Source: Spirochaetia bacterium (lineage in GTDB: Bacteria > Spirochaetota > Spirochaetia > DSM-2461). From it: a stretch of 64,000 nucleotides of DNA. Made by a program: the position numbers and the translations under genes. Positions 50,871 through 60,691 of this stretch are shown one piece after another (position 1 is the stretch's first letter; the number at the start of each line of letters is the position of its first letter). The stretch lies in contig OY764216.1 of NCBI GenBank assembly GCA_963668315.1, positions 736,001 through 800,000 of the forward strand. Direction: 5' to 3'. The notes under the pieces were generated by a model. It ran no database searches and had not been told where the DNA came from. It saw only the letters and a program-made list of their open reading frames with translations.

Positions 50871-51689
50871 CTACTTATGATAATGGGACATGCTTTCCTG
50901 TACCTTCAACCAGCGGATAACCGCAGCGAAGGCCGAATAGGGCAGAAGTCCTTTGAGTAAGTCTATAAGAAAGAGAGAACGGGGCCGGTACACTTTTTTA
51001 CGGTTTCTTTTCAGACCCATTTCCACGATGCCCTTGGCGATGACGTCATGATTTTTCACCCGGGGAACAAGTATATTGCCCAGACCTTTTATCTGAGCTC
51101 CTTCGAAAAGCCCGGTGGCTATGTAAAAGGGATGGACGGAGGTGTAGCGGATGTTTTTTTTATCCATAAAAGCTTCCTCCCGCAGGGAATCGGTCAATCC
51201 ATGGACGGCCCATTTGGAAGCGGCATAGGCAGAGAGGCCCGAAACGCCCAGCATTCCCGCGGCGGATGAGATGTTGACAATGTGTCCCTTATCGGCTTCA
51301 TACATGGCGGGGAGGAAGGCTCTGGTCGTATGCAGTACGGCCTTCAGGTTTACATCAAGGGTCAAATCCCAGTCTTCATCGCTGCCTTCCAGAAAATTGC
51401 CCGGACGCATGATGCCGGCGTTATTAATGAGAATATCGAGAAAACCCCATTCGCTCTTCAGCTTGGCAGCTTCATCATGAACAGCTTTTCTGTCGGTTAT
51501 GTCGATTCTCGTCCAGCGTATCTTATCTTTGAAGTCCATGAGACCCGCTTGCTTATCGTTAATGGATCGTTCCGAGGCATCCCAGACGGCTACGAAACAG
51601 CCCTCCTTAAGGAGGCGGAGAAGAGTGGCATAGCCGATTCCGGAGGCGCCTCCGGTGATCAGGGCTTTTTTATTTTGCAGAGTGGTCAT
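50871..51689 (-). CDS. Short-chain dehydrogenase/reductase
   Basis: TGGASGIG, NNAG, YAASK. Confidence 0.92.
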   Translation of the reverse strand: MTTLQNKKALITGGASGIGYATLLRLLKEGCFVAVWDASERSINDKQAGLMDFKDKIRWTRIDITDRKAVHDEAAKLKSEWGFLDILINNAGIMRPGNFLEGSDEDWDLTLDVNLKAVLHTTRAFLPAMYEADKGHIVNISSAAGMLGVSGLSAYAASKWAVHGLTDSLREEAFMDKKNIRYTSVHPFYIATGLFEGAQIKGLGNILVPRVKNHDVIAKGIVEMGLKRNRKKVYRPRSLFLIDLLKGLLPYSAFAAVIRWLKVQESMSHYHK

Positions 51690-51814
51690 GGTTTATTTTT
51701 GGTATTTAGGGGCCGGATGTCAAGAGGGGGGGGCTCGCAGAGGTAGGGGGTATTGTAGGTGTGGTTATTTTATGAGGAGGGATTAATGCTCGCAAAGGCG
51801 CAAAGGGTGGTTTT

Positions 51815-52735
51815 TTACCCTATGGCGGCTTCGGGGTTGAGGGAGTTATTGGGGAGAATGGCAGAGGATTTCCGGGTTTGGCGAGAATATTCGAACCAGC
51901 CCTTGAGGCGGCCCCAAGCCTGGCAGTAGTGGCTCCAGGCGCGGCAAGGTTTGAGGGTTATGAGGAGGAAAGATCCCTTGGCGGCATGGATGAGGGAGTA
52001 GAAAGACAGCTGGAACAGATTATAGCCGTTTTTTCTGAGGATGTAGCCCATGCCCAGGCCGTAGCCGTAGCGGCGGGAGCACTCCTTTTTGTCATATCGG
52101 CCGCGGTAGACGTCGTGGTAGATATTGATCCGGGGATCGTAGATAACTTTATGGCCTTTGGCGACGATGCGGAGGACCAGGTCGGTTTCTTCGCCGGAGA
52201 TATACCGGGCGGCGCCCAGTCCCAGATCTTCATCAAAATGACCCGCCCCATTGACGGAGTCCTTAAGGAGGAAGATACCGGAAGAGTTGGTTGTCATGCA
52301 GGCGTTATGTTTGTTCACGGCGGTTTTATGGTTTTTAATCATGAATCCGCCGGCGGAAAAACGGCCCTGTTCATCGGTTACCAGACCGGTGAGACCCTTG
52401 AGAGAAGGATCGGTCCGGAAGCGGTTTTTTACCTGGAGCAGGGTATCCGGCTGATACCAGCAGTCGTCATCGGGGAAAGCGACGATTTGACCGGAGGCGT
52501 GTTTCAATCCGAAATTACGGGCGGCGGAGAGGCCGAGGTTCCTTTTTACGTGCAGATAAACAAGATTAAGATCGGCCAGATGGTCGAGAAGGGAGGTTTT
52601 TAAAGTGTCATGGGGGTTCTGATCGACCAGAATAATCTCAAAATCCTGATACGTCTGTTCCTTAAGGGATGATAACAATTTGAGATGATGATTCATTCTG
52701 TTTATCGTCGCAATGACAAGTGAGAAATAAGGCAA
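51815..52735 (-). CDS. Glycosyltransferase family 2
   Basis: SLVIATINR, LSAARNFG, FPDDDCWY, GEETDL. Confidence 0.9.
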   Translation of the reverse strand: MPYFSLVIATINRMNHHLKLLSSLKEQTYQDFEIILVDQNPHDTLKTSLLDHLADLNLVYLHVKRNLGLSAARNFGLKHASGQIVAFPDDDCWYQPDTLLQVKNRFRTDPSLKGLTGLVTDEQGRFSAGGFMIKNHKTAVNKHNACMTTNSSGIFLLKDSVNGAGHFDEDLGLGAARYISGEETDLVLRIVAKGHKVIYDPRINIYHDVYRGRYDKKECSRRYGYGLGMGYILRKNGYNLFQLSFYSLIHAAKGSFLLITLKPCRAWSHYCQAWGRLKGWFEYSRQTRKSSAILPNNSLNPEAAIG

Positions 52736-52837
52736 GCCTGGTCTCCCTGGTTGTTTGAGATTAATTATAATTCAAGATCGGGGAGAAAGGAAGAGGAAAA
52801 ATTATTTTTTCCTCTTCCTATAGAGACTTGGAAGGGA

Positions 52838-53701
52838 TCAATGTTTTTTAGGGTATTCGAAGTAGCCGCGGAGGCGTCCCAGGGCCTGGGCGAAATGGAA
52901 GAAGGCGCGTTTAGGCTGGAGGGAGAGAAGCATGTAGGTTCCTTTAGCCCAGTGGATAGCGGAGTAGAAGAAGAGGGAAAAAATGGTGTAGCCGTTTTTT
53001 CGAAGGACATAGCCCATTCCCAGGCCGTAGCCGTAGCCTCTTTGACGTTCGGCTTTATCGTAGGTTCCGCAGTATTTTTTGTGGTAGATGTTGATATCGG
53101 AGTAATACTTGATGGTGTATTTATGGATGTGAATACGCAGTACCAGATCGGTTTCTTCACCGGAGATGTACCGTTCCGTTCCCAGACCGACGGCTTCATC
53201 GAATAGACCTACCTTTTCCAGTACCTCTTTACGGATGAATACGGCGGAGGAGTTGGAAGTCCACCAGGCGTTGCGGTGAGATACATTGGCCTGTTTGCTT
53301 TTAAGCATATAGCCGCCGGCGGAGTAGCTGCCGTCCACATCGGTGACCAGACCGGTGATGCACTGGGTTTCGGGATTTTTCTGAAAGTATTTCTGCACCA
53401 GCTGGAGAGAATTGGGCTGGTACCAGCAATCGTCGTCGGGGAAAGCCACTATTTCGCCGGAAGCATGGCCAAGACCATAGTTTCGGGCGGCGGACAGACC
53501 CATATTTTGTTTAACATGCAGATAGATGAGGTTAAAGTCCTGCAGGTCTGCGGTCAGAGTCTTTTTAAGATTGTCATGGACATTCTGGTCGACAATAATA
53601 ATTTCGAAATCTTGTAAGTATTGCTCTTTAAGGGATTTAAGGAGGTTAATATGGTGTTCCAATCTGTTTATTGTCGCTATGATGAGCGAGAAATAGGGCA
53701 A
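52838..53701 (-). CDS. Glycosyltransferase family 2 (paralog of neighbour)
   Basis: SLIIATINR, LSAARNYG, FPDDDCWY, GEETDL. Confidence 0.9.
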   Translation of the reverse strand: MPYFSLIIATINRLEHHINLLKSLKEQYLQDFEIIIVDQNVHDNLKKTLTADLQDFNLIYLHVKQNMGLSAARNYGLGHASGEIVAFPDDDCWYQPNSLQLVQKYFQKNPETQCITGLVTDVDGSYSAGGYMLKSKQANVSHRNAWWTSNSSAVFIRKEVLEKVGLFDEAVGLGTERYISGEETDLVLRIHIHKYTIKYYSDINIYHKKYCGTYDKAERQRGYGYGLGMGYVLRKNGYTIFSLFFYSAIHWAKGTYMLLSLQPKRAFFHFAQALGRLRGYFEYPKKH

Positions 53702-53962
53702 TATTGCGGACTCTCCTGTTTTTTACCTTGCTTATTATAGCATTGGGGAAGGAAAAATAAAAGGTTGGGAGTTTTTTTTTGAGTGGGAAGGCTCCCGCTG
53801 CGCGGGCCGGGGACACGTGGTTTATTTTCGGTAAAATCCGTGTTTTGAAACATGAGCTGATAGATGAGTAGGAAGCTCGTGTGGACGTTTGACGATTCTT
53901 TCCTGCCGGTATCATTGTGGGTATAAATGAATTAGGGACATTAATCGGAAATTCTGGATTAA

Positions 53963-55372
53963 CTAAAACTTCCAGAAAAGCGGAATGAAATAGAGGGAAA
54001 CGATAATGGTAATTACATTCAGGGGCAGGCCGATTTTCAAAAAGTCCCGGAATTTGTAATTTCCGATACCTTTGACAATCAGGTTGGTCTGATAACCTAT
54101 GGGGGTTGAGAAACTGGCCGAGGCGGCGATGGCGATGGCGATAAAAAAAGGACGGGGGGAAACGTTAAGCAGAGCGGACGTTTCTATGGCGATGGGGAAC
54201 ATGAGAGCCGCTGACCAGATAGAAATCCTGGGAATTTTTCCAGCGGGTGGTAAAGCGCTGAGTCGTTAACAGGATCAGATTGTCTCCGGGTCGTAAATGA
54301 TGTCTCCTATTTTCCCGTTTATGCGGGAGCCGTTACGGTGGACGGCCAGTACGGCTGCCCGGTAGGTGGCGCGGAAGTTAAACTCGCTTATTGTCTGGCC
54401 CAGACCTGGAAAACGGGGAGAAACGACGACTTCCACAAGATTTTTTGTAATGCTATGGAAGTCTTTACTGAACTCTTTTTCTTCCACGAAATAGAGGCCG
54501 GGGAAGCTTTTTAAATCATCTATACTGTCTATGTTTCCAGAAAAGATGAGCCGGTCGTCTCCTAGAAGAATCTCATCCTTATTTACATTTTTAATAGAAT
54601 AATTATCCCGTTCGATGGCGGTTAGGTAGACTCCTTTCAGCTCTCTCAAACCGGCGGCAAAAACCGATTTGCGGCATAGAGGACTCGTAGGATCCAGCTG
54701 TATTTCTATGAGATATTCCCTAAGGTTTTCTTTTCTGGCTTCATCGATGGGGGGATTTTCCGGGAGCAGATGATAGCCGATGAAAGCGGTGTAAGCTGTT
54801 CCCAGGATGGCAATGGGAAAGCCGACTCTAAAAAGTTCAAACATACCCAGCCCCTTGTAGCCGTTCTGGAGCATCAGGCCGTGAACAACCAGATTGGTCG
54901 ATGTGCCTATGAGCGTACACATTCCCCCGAAGATGGTGGCGTAGGAGAGGGGAATCAAGAATTTTCCCGGGTTCAGATTCAGTCTTGTGGCCCAGCTTTT
55001 TATGGCGGGTGCCAAAATAACCACTACGGGGGTATTATTGATAAAGGCGGAAAGAAAAGTGGCGGGAAGCATGATGCGGCCCAGCATGAAGACGGGGCGG
55101 AACTGGCGGGAAGGGAGAAAGTAGTGGGTGACCAGATTAAGGCCCCCGGTCTGCCTGATCCCTTCGCTGATAAGAAACAGCAGGGCCACGGTCATCATGC
55201 CCTTGTTGCTGAAGCCGGAAAGAAATTCATATATATCGATATATCCAAAAAAATAGAAAAGGCTTAATACACTTAACAGGATGAGCCCGGGGCGAAGGAA
55301 TTCATTAATAAGGGCTGTTATCATAAGGATGACGAGAAAGATAGAGAAATAGGCGCTGAAACAAGGTATCAT
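53963..55372 (-). pseudogene. SLC13/CitMHS-type anion permease with TrkA-C domains, disrupted by a frameshift (~54296) and an internal deletion (~54211)
   Basis: SAFINNTP, TLIGTSTNL, TrkA-C domains in 54275-55372; TPIGYQTN C-terminus in 53963-54202; linking piece LRPGDNLILL..DFYLVS in a shifted frame. Confidence 0.8.
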
Positions 55373-55479
55373 ATTTTTCTTTTATATAATTGACTTATAA
55401 AATATTCAAGATAGATCGTTTTTTTGAGATTGAGAAATGGCCTATGAATTCAGAAAGAACTATGCTAGTCTTCTGTACC

Positions 55480-56268
55480 ATGAGAGGGAAAAATCTCGAA
55501 ATAGCAAAAGAAGCCGCCCTTGATGCGGGTCAGAAAATACGGGAGATTTATAATTCTTCCAATTTTGAAATAGAATTTAAATCTGATAATTCACCCCTGA
55601 CAAAAGCTGACAAGGCTTCCCATGAAGTCATAATTTCCTATCTGAATGATACCCCCTATCCTGTTTTGTCCGAAGAGGGAAAAAGCATTTCCTATGAAGA
55701 AAGATCCCGATGGAGTACCTATTGGCTGATAGATCCTCTGGACGGAACAAAGGAATTTATAAAGCGAAACGGAGAATTTACGGTTAATATTGCCCTGATA
55801 GAACAGGGAAAGCCTGTTCTGGGTGTGGTTTACATTCCCGTTACAGATGTCCTTTACTGGGGTTCTGAAGGAGATGGGGCTTTTAAGAGGGTAAAAGCGG
55901 GAAAACCAGTTTCATTGCCGGAAGAAAGAGATAATGGAATATTTACAGTTATCGCCAGCCGATCCCATCTTTCCGAGGAGACTCAGCAGTTTATCGATAA
56001 GCTGGAAGAGCTGCATCCCGGTTTAGAGTGCCAGAGTTCGGGCAGTTCCTTAAAGTTATGCCGCGTGGCGGAAGGTTCGGCCGATGTCTATCCCCGTTTC
56101 GCCCCTACCATGGAGTGGGATACGGCGGCGGCCGACGGGGTCTGCCGTGCCGCCGGCTGTTATGTATTTAATGTAGAATCCAAAAATCTCCTGGATTATA
56201 ATAAGGAAAACCTGTTAAATCCCTGGTTTCTTGTTACCCGCGATTCGCAAATGAAGGATCTTTTATGA
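55480..56268 (+). CDS. cysQ: 3'(2'),5'-bisphosphate nucleotidase (PAP phosphatase); start uncertain
   Basis: SPLTKAD, SEEG, WLIDPLDGTKEF, GSSLK, TMEWDTAA. Confidence 0.92.
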   Translation: MRGKNLEIAKEAALDAGQKIREIYNSSNFEIEFKSDNSPLTKADKASHEVIISYLNDTPYPVLSEEGKSISYEERSRWSTYWLIDPLDGTKEFIKRNGEFTVNIALIEQGKPVLGVVYIPVTDVLYWGSEGDGAFKRVKAGKPVSLPEERDNGIFTVIASRSHLSEETQQFIDKLEELHPGLECQSSGSSLKLCRVAEGSADVYPRFAPTMEWDTAAADGVCRAAGCYVFNVESKNLLDYNKENLLNPWFLVTRDSQMKDLL

Positions 56269-57173
56269 ATAATTACACCTTAAATCACCTCAAACAGCTG
56301 GAAAATGAAGCCATATATGTTTTAAGAGAAGTGGCCGCCCAGTTTGAGAAACCGGCCATGCTCTTTTCCGGCGGAAAGGACTCCATCTGTATGGCGTGGC
56401 TGGCCCGGAAAGCCTTTCATCCCGGCAAGATCCCCTTTCCCATGCTTCATGTGGATACGGGGCATAATTTTCAGGAAACCCTGAATTACCGGGATAAATT
56501 TCTGGATGAGATAGGAGCCACTCTTATCGTCCGAACCGTACAGGATTCCATTGACAAGGGCCGGGTCGTGGAAGAGAAGGGTCCCAAGGCCAGCCGTAAC
56601 GGACTGCAGACGGTGACGTTGCTGGACGCGCTTAAGGAGTTCAAATTCACCTGTGCCATGGGCGGCGCCCGTCGGGACGAGGAAAAAGCCCGGGCCAAGG
56701 AGCGCTTCTTCAGTTTCCGTGACTCCTTCGGTCAGTGGGATCCTAAAAATCAGCGGCCAGAGCTATGGAATATCTTTAATGCTCAGCACAATATGGGCGA
56801 GCATTTTCGTGCTTTCCCCATCAGTAATTGGACGGAGCTGGACGTGTGGCAGTATATCGCCATGGAAGAGATTCCCATGCCTTCCCTCTATTTCAGTCAT
56901 GAAAGAGATATCATTAGAAGAGACGGAATTATTCTGGCTCATATTCCCGGGCTTACCGATCCGTTGGATGATGAAAAAATCGAGCCCATGCATGTGCGCT
57001 GCAGGACTATAGGTGATATTACCTGTACCGGTTTGACCGTTTCCCCCGCTGCGACAATTCGGGACATAGTCAACGAAGTGGCATATACCCGTACCACAGA
57101 AAGGGGCGGCAGAGCCGATGACAAGCGCAGCGAAGCGGCGATGGAAGACAGAAAGAAACAGGGCTACTTCTAA
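56265..57173 (+). CDS. cysD: Sulfate adenylyltransferase subunit 2
   Basis: FSGGKDS, GGARRDEEKARAKER, WDPKNQRPELW, MEDRKKQGYF. Confidence 0.96.
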   Translation: MNNYTLNHLKQLENEAIYVLREVAAQFEKPAMLFSGGKDSICMAWLARKAFHPGKIPFPMLHVDTGHNFQETLNYRDKFLDEIGATLIVRTVQDSIDKGRVVEEKGPKASRNGLQTVTLLDALKEFKFTCAMGGARRDEEKARAKERFFSFRDSFGQWDPKNQRPELWNIFNAQHNMGEHFRAFPISNWTELDVWQYIAMEEIPMPSLYFSHERDIIRRDGIILAHIPGLTDPLDDEKIEPMHVRCRTIGDITCTGLTVSPAATIRDIVNEVAYTRTTERGGRADDKRSEAAMEDRKKQGYF

Positions 57174-57180
57174 GGAGAGA

Positions 57181-59100
57181 ATGATGAGCACTATTATGGA
57201 TAATCAGGAAATAGAAGAGTTTAACGAAGAAGCCTATCTGAATATGGAGCTGTTACGGTTTACAACAGCGGGAAGCGTGGACGACGGTAAAAGTACCCTT
57301 ATCGGCCGGTTGCTTTATGATTCCAAGGCCATTTTTCAGGATCAGATGGAACAGTTGGAGCAGGCCAGCGCCTTACGCGGTGAAGAAGAAGTCAATCTGG
57401 CATTGTTAACAGACGGCTTACGGGCCGAAAGGGAGCAGGGTATTACCATAGACGTGGCTTACCGCTATTTCTCCACTCCTAAAAGAAAATTTATCATCGC
57501 CGACACTCCTGGTCACGAGCAATATACACGCAATATGGTGACAGGGGCCTCCACGGCTGATTTGGCAATCATATTGATTGATGCCCGTCTTGGCGTTCTG
57601 CCTCAGAGTCGACGCCATGGGATTATCGCCAGCCTTTTGGGAATTCCCCATGTGATCGTGGCGGTCAACAAGATGGATCTGGTGAATTACGATCGAAAAA
57701 CCTATGAGAAGATAGTTGAAGAATATCGTGAATTCAGTCAGAAGCTTAATATTCACGATATTACCTTTATTCCTATTTCCGCTCTCGTGGGAGATAACGT
57801 GGTGGATGCCGGTGATAATATGCCTTGGTATGACGGCCCGACCGTCATGTATCAGCTGGAGAACGCATCTATTTCGGCTGACCGGAATCTGGTGGATTTT
57901 CGTTTTCCCGTGCAGTATGTCCTGCGCCCCCATCTGAATTTTCGGGGATTTTCCGGACGTATTTCCAGCGGTTCCATTAAACCGGGTGAACCGGTAACGA
58001 TACTTCCTTCCATGAAGACTTCCACCGTAAAGGAGATTGTTACCTATGACGGTAACCGGGATGAAGCTTTTCAAGGGGAAAGCGTTACACTGACGTTGGA
58101 TGACGAGATCGATATCAGCCGGGGTGACATGATCGTCCGTAGTCATAACTTACCCGATGTAACCACTCGCTTCCAGGCGACTATCTGCTGGATGGATGAT
58201 GACCAGTCTCTGAGTTTAGCGACCGGTTACAATCTGCAATGCGGCAGCCGGATGGTCAAGGCATATGTCAGGACTCTTGATTATCGGCTGGATATCAATA
58301 CTTTGCATCGTCAGGATGCGGATAAGCTTTCTTTGAATGAGATAGGTCGTGTGGAAATTGAAACGGCCATGCCCTTGCCTCTGGATCCCTATGATCAGAA
58401 TCGGGAAACGGGAAGCTTTATATTGATTGATCCGGCATCTAATCAGACAGTGGCGGCCGGGATGGTACGAAAAGCCTTAAAAAATGCTCCGGCTCCTGAG
58501 CTGATGACCCAATCTTCAACGAATGTTCGCTGGGAGAAGCTTAATGTGACCCGGGAGAACAGAGAAGCCCGCCAGGGGCATAAGGCCCATTGTCTGTGGT
58601 TCACCGGCCTTTCCGGATCGGGTAAAAGTACTATCGCCAAGGAATTGGAAAAGAACCTCTTTGAAGAGGGTAAGCGGGTTTACGTTCTGGACGGGGATAA
58701 TATCCGCCATGGTTTGAACGGGGATCTGGGTTTTTCGGCTAATGACAGGATAGAGAATATCCGTCGAATAGGAGAAGTGGCCCGGCTCATGTACGATGCC
58801 GGATTTATTGTGCTTTGTTCCTTTATCTCGCCCATGAAGGCTATGAGGGACTTTGTGAAGGGATTGTTTCCAGCAGGAGCCTTTACCGAAGTCTATGTGA
58901 AGGCCGATTTGGATACCTGTAAATCCAGGGATCCGAAAGGATTGTATAAGAAGGCTTTGGCTGGGGAGATCCCCGATTTCACGGGTATAAGCAGTCCCTA
59001 TGAGGAACCGGAATCGGCGGAACTGGTTTTGGATACAATGGGGGAAATTATTGAAACAACAGCAATGAAGGCAATTAATTATATTAAACCATTACTATAG
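57181..59100 (+). CDS. cysNC: Fused sulfate adenylyltransferase subunit 1 / APS kinase
   Basis: GSVDDGKST, EREQGITID, DTPGH, NKMD; C-terminal WFTGLSGSGKST, LDGDNIR, RDPKGLY. Confidence 0.95.
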   Translation: MMSTIMDNQEIEEFNEEAYLNMELLRFTTAGSVDDGKSTLIGRLLYDSKAIFQDQMEQLEQASALRGEEEVNLALLTDGLRAEREQGITIDVAYRYFSTPKRKFIIADTPGHEQYTRNMVTGASTADLAIILIDARLGVLPQSRRHGIIASLLGIPHVIVAVNKMDLVNYDRKTYEKIVEEYREFSQKLNIHDITFIPISALVGDNVVDAGDNMPWYDGPTVMYQLENASISADRNLVDFRFPVQYVLRPHLNFRGFSGRISSGSIKPGEPVTILPSMKTSTVKEIVTYDGNRDEAFQGESVTLTLDDEIDISRGDMIVRSHNLPDVTTRFQATICWMDDDQSLSLATGYNLQCGSRMVKAYVRTLDYRLDINTLHRQDADKLSLNEIGRVEIETAMPLPLDPYDQNRETGSFILIDPASNQTVAAGMVRKALKNAPAPELMTQSSTNVRWEKLNVTRENREARQGHKAHCLWFTGLSGSGKSTIAKELEKNLFEEGKRVYVLDGDNIRHGLNGDLGFSANDRIENIRRIGEVARLMYDAGFIVLCSFISPMKAMRDFVKGLFPAGAFTEVYVKADLDTCKSRDPKGLYKKALAGEIPDFTGISSPYEEPESAELVLDTMGEIIETTAMKAINYIKPLL

Positions 59101-59111
59101 GAGATAGTTTC

Positions 59112-59912
59112 GTGAAATTCTTAATTTCATTTATGACAGATATTATAAAAAGTCGTTACTTAATATGGCAACTTACGAAAAGAGGGTTTTCTCAAAAATA
59201 TAAACGTTCAAAACTTGGTTTTTTATGGTCGATTATTGAGCCTTTGTTATTTATGCTAGTTCTGTATGTTGTTTTTGGTATAGGTTTACGCGGAGGTAGC
59301 AATATGAATATTCCATACATTTGTTATCTTATTACTGGATTAGCATCTATAAATTTTTTCACAGAAACTTTTATTAAAGGAACAGTTGCAGTATATGGAT
59401 ACTCATATCTATTAAAAAAAGTTACATTTCGAATGAGCATCTTACCAGTTGTAGTAGTATTGGTTGGTTTACTTGAACATTTGATATTTTTAATAATCGT
59501 GTCAGTAGTACTTTTTTTAAATCATGTATATATCAATATATATTGGATTCAGATATTTTATTATATGTTATCTCTTAGTTTTTTTCTTTTAGGGCTAACT
59601 TGGTTTACCTCGTCTGTTGGTGTTTTTTTTCCAGATTTACAACAAATAGTAAGTGTTATAAACAAAATGATTTTTTACTTTTCCCCTGTTTTTTGGACTA
59701 TTGATGTATTACCTATATCATTGCAAAAATACTTAATGTTTAATCCATTGTATTATATCATCTCGGGTTATAGAGATTCTTTTTTCTATAAAATACCCAT
59801 TGGAAGTAATATGAGTCAGCTAATATATTTTTGGGGGTGTACTTTTACCTCGCTTATTATTGGTGCATTTTTCTTTAAAAAATTACGTCCTCAATTTTCT
59901 GATTATATTTAG
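59112..59912 (+). CDS. wzm: ABC-2 polysaccharide export permease
   Basis: KYKRSKLGFLWSIIEP, FYFSPVFW, NPLYYII. Confidence 0.9.
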   Translation: MKFLISFMTDIIKSRYLIWQLTKRGFSQKYKRSKLGFLWSIIEPLLFMLVLYVVFGIGLRGGSNMNIPYICYLITGLASINFFTETFIKGTVAVYGYSYLLKKVTFRMSILPVVVVLVGLLEHLIFLIIVSVVLFLNHVYINIYWIQIFYYMLSLSFFLLGLTWFTSSVGVFFPDLQQIVSVINKMIFYFSPVFWTIDVLPISLQKYLMFNPLYYIISGYRDSFFYKIPIGSNMSQLIYFWGCTFTSLIIGAFFFKKLRPQFSDYI

Positions 59913-59920
59913 GATAAAAA

Positions 59921-60655
59921 ATGGATGATATAGTAATTAATTTAACAGATGTATCAAAGACATATTATCTTTATGACCGAAATTTTGTAGATCGTTTTAA
60001 AGATACATTTTTACCTGGAAAGAAAAAACGATATAGACAGTTCGATGCATTAAAAAACATTTCTCTTTCAGTAAATAGAGGAGAAATTCTTGGGATTATT
60101 GGTGGAAATGGTGCTGGTAAATCAACTTTATTAAAGATAATAAGTGGGATAACACAACCCACATCAGGAGACGTTAATGTAAGTGGGAGAATAATACCGC
60201 TTCTAGAATTAGGAGGTGGATTTAATCCAGAATATACCGGTCGCGAAAATATATATTTTTATTGTTCACTAATGGGCTTACATAAAGAAGAAATAGATCT
60301 TATATACGATGAAATCGTTGATTTTAGTGAAATAATAGATTTTATTGATGTTCCTTTGAAAAAATATTCTTCAGGTATGAAAGCACGTCTAGCATTTTCT
60401 GTATCTATAAATATTGATCCAGATATACTCATTCTAGATGAGGTTTTGGCTGTAGGAGATCAAAAGTTTCGAAAAAAATGCTTTTCCCGTATGGATCAAA
60501 TTTTTAAGTCAGGAAAAACAATTTTGTTTGTATCTCATGACGTAGCTAGCATTAAAAGGATTTGTACTAAAGCTGTATTATTAAATAAGGGATCATTAGT
60601 TGCAATAGACTCTACAGATTGTATTGTTAAAATGTATAATGAATTGCTTAAATAA
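59921..60655 (+). CDS. wzt: ABC polysaccharide export ATPase, no C-terminal carbohydrate-binding module
   Basis: GGNGAGKST, YSSGM, ILDEVLAVGD, VSHD; only 244 aa. Confidence 0.9.
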   Translation: MDDIVINLTDVSKTYYLYDRNFVDRFKDTFLPGKKKRYRQFDALKNISLSVNRGEILGIIGGNGAGKSTLLKIISGITQPTSGDVNVSGRIIPLLELGGGFNPEYTGRENIYFYCSLMGLHKEEIDLIYDEIVDFSEIIDFIDVPLKKYSSGMKARLAFSVSINIDPDILILDEVLAVGDQKFRKKCFSRMDQIFKSGKTILFVSHDVASIKRICTKAVLLNKGSLVAIDSTDCIVKMYNELLK

Positions 60656-60691
60656 TGGGTAATAATACTAAGGAATGAATAGGAGATAAAA

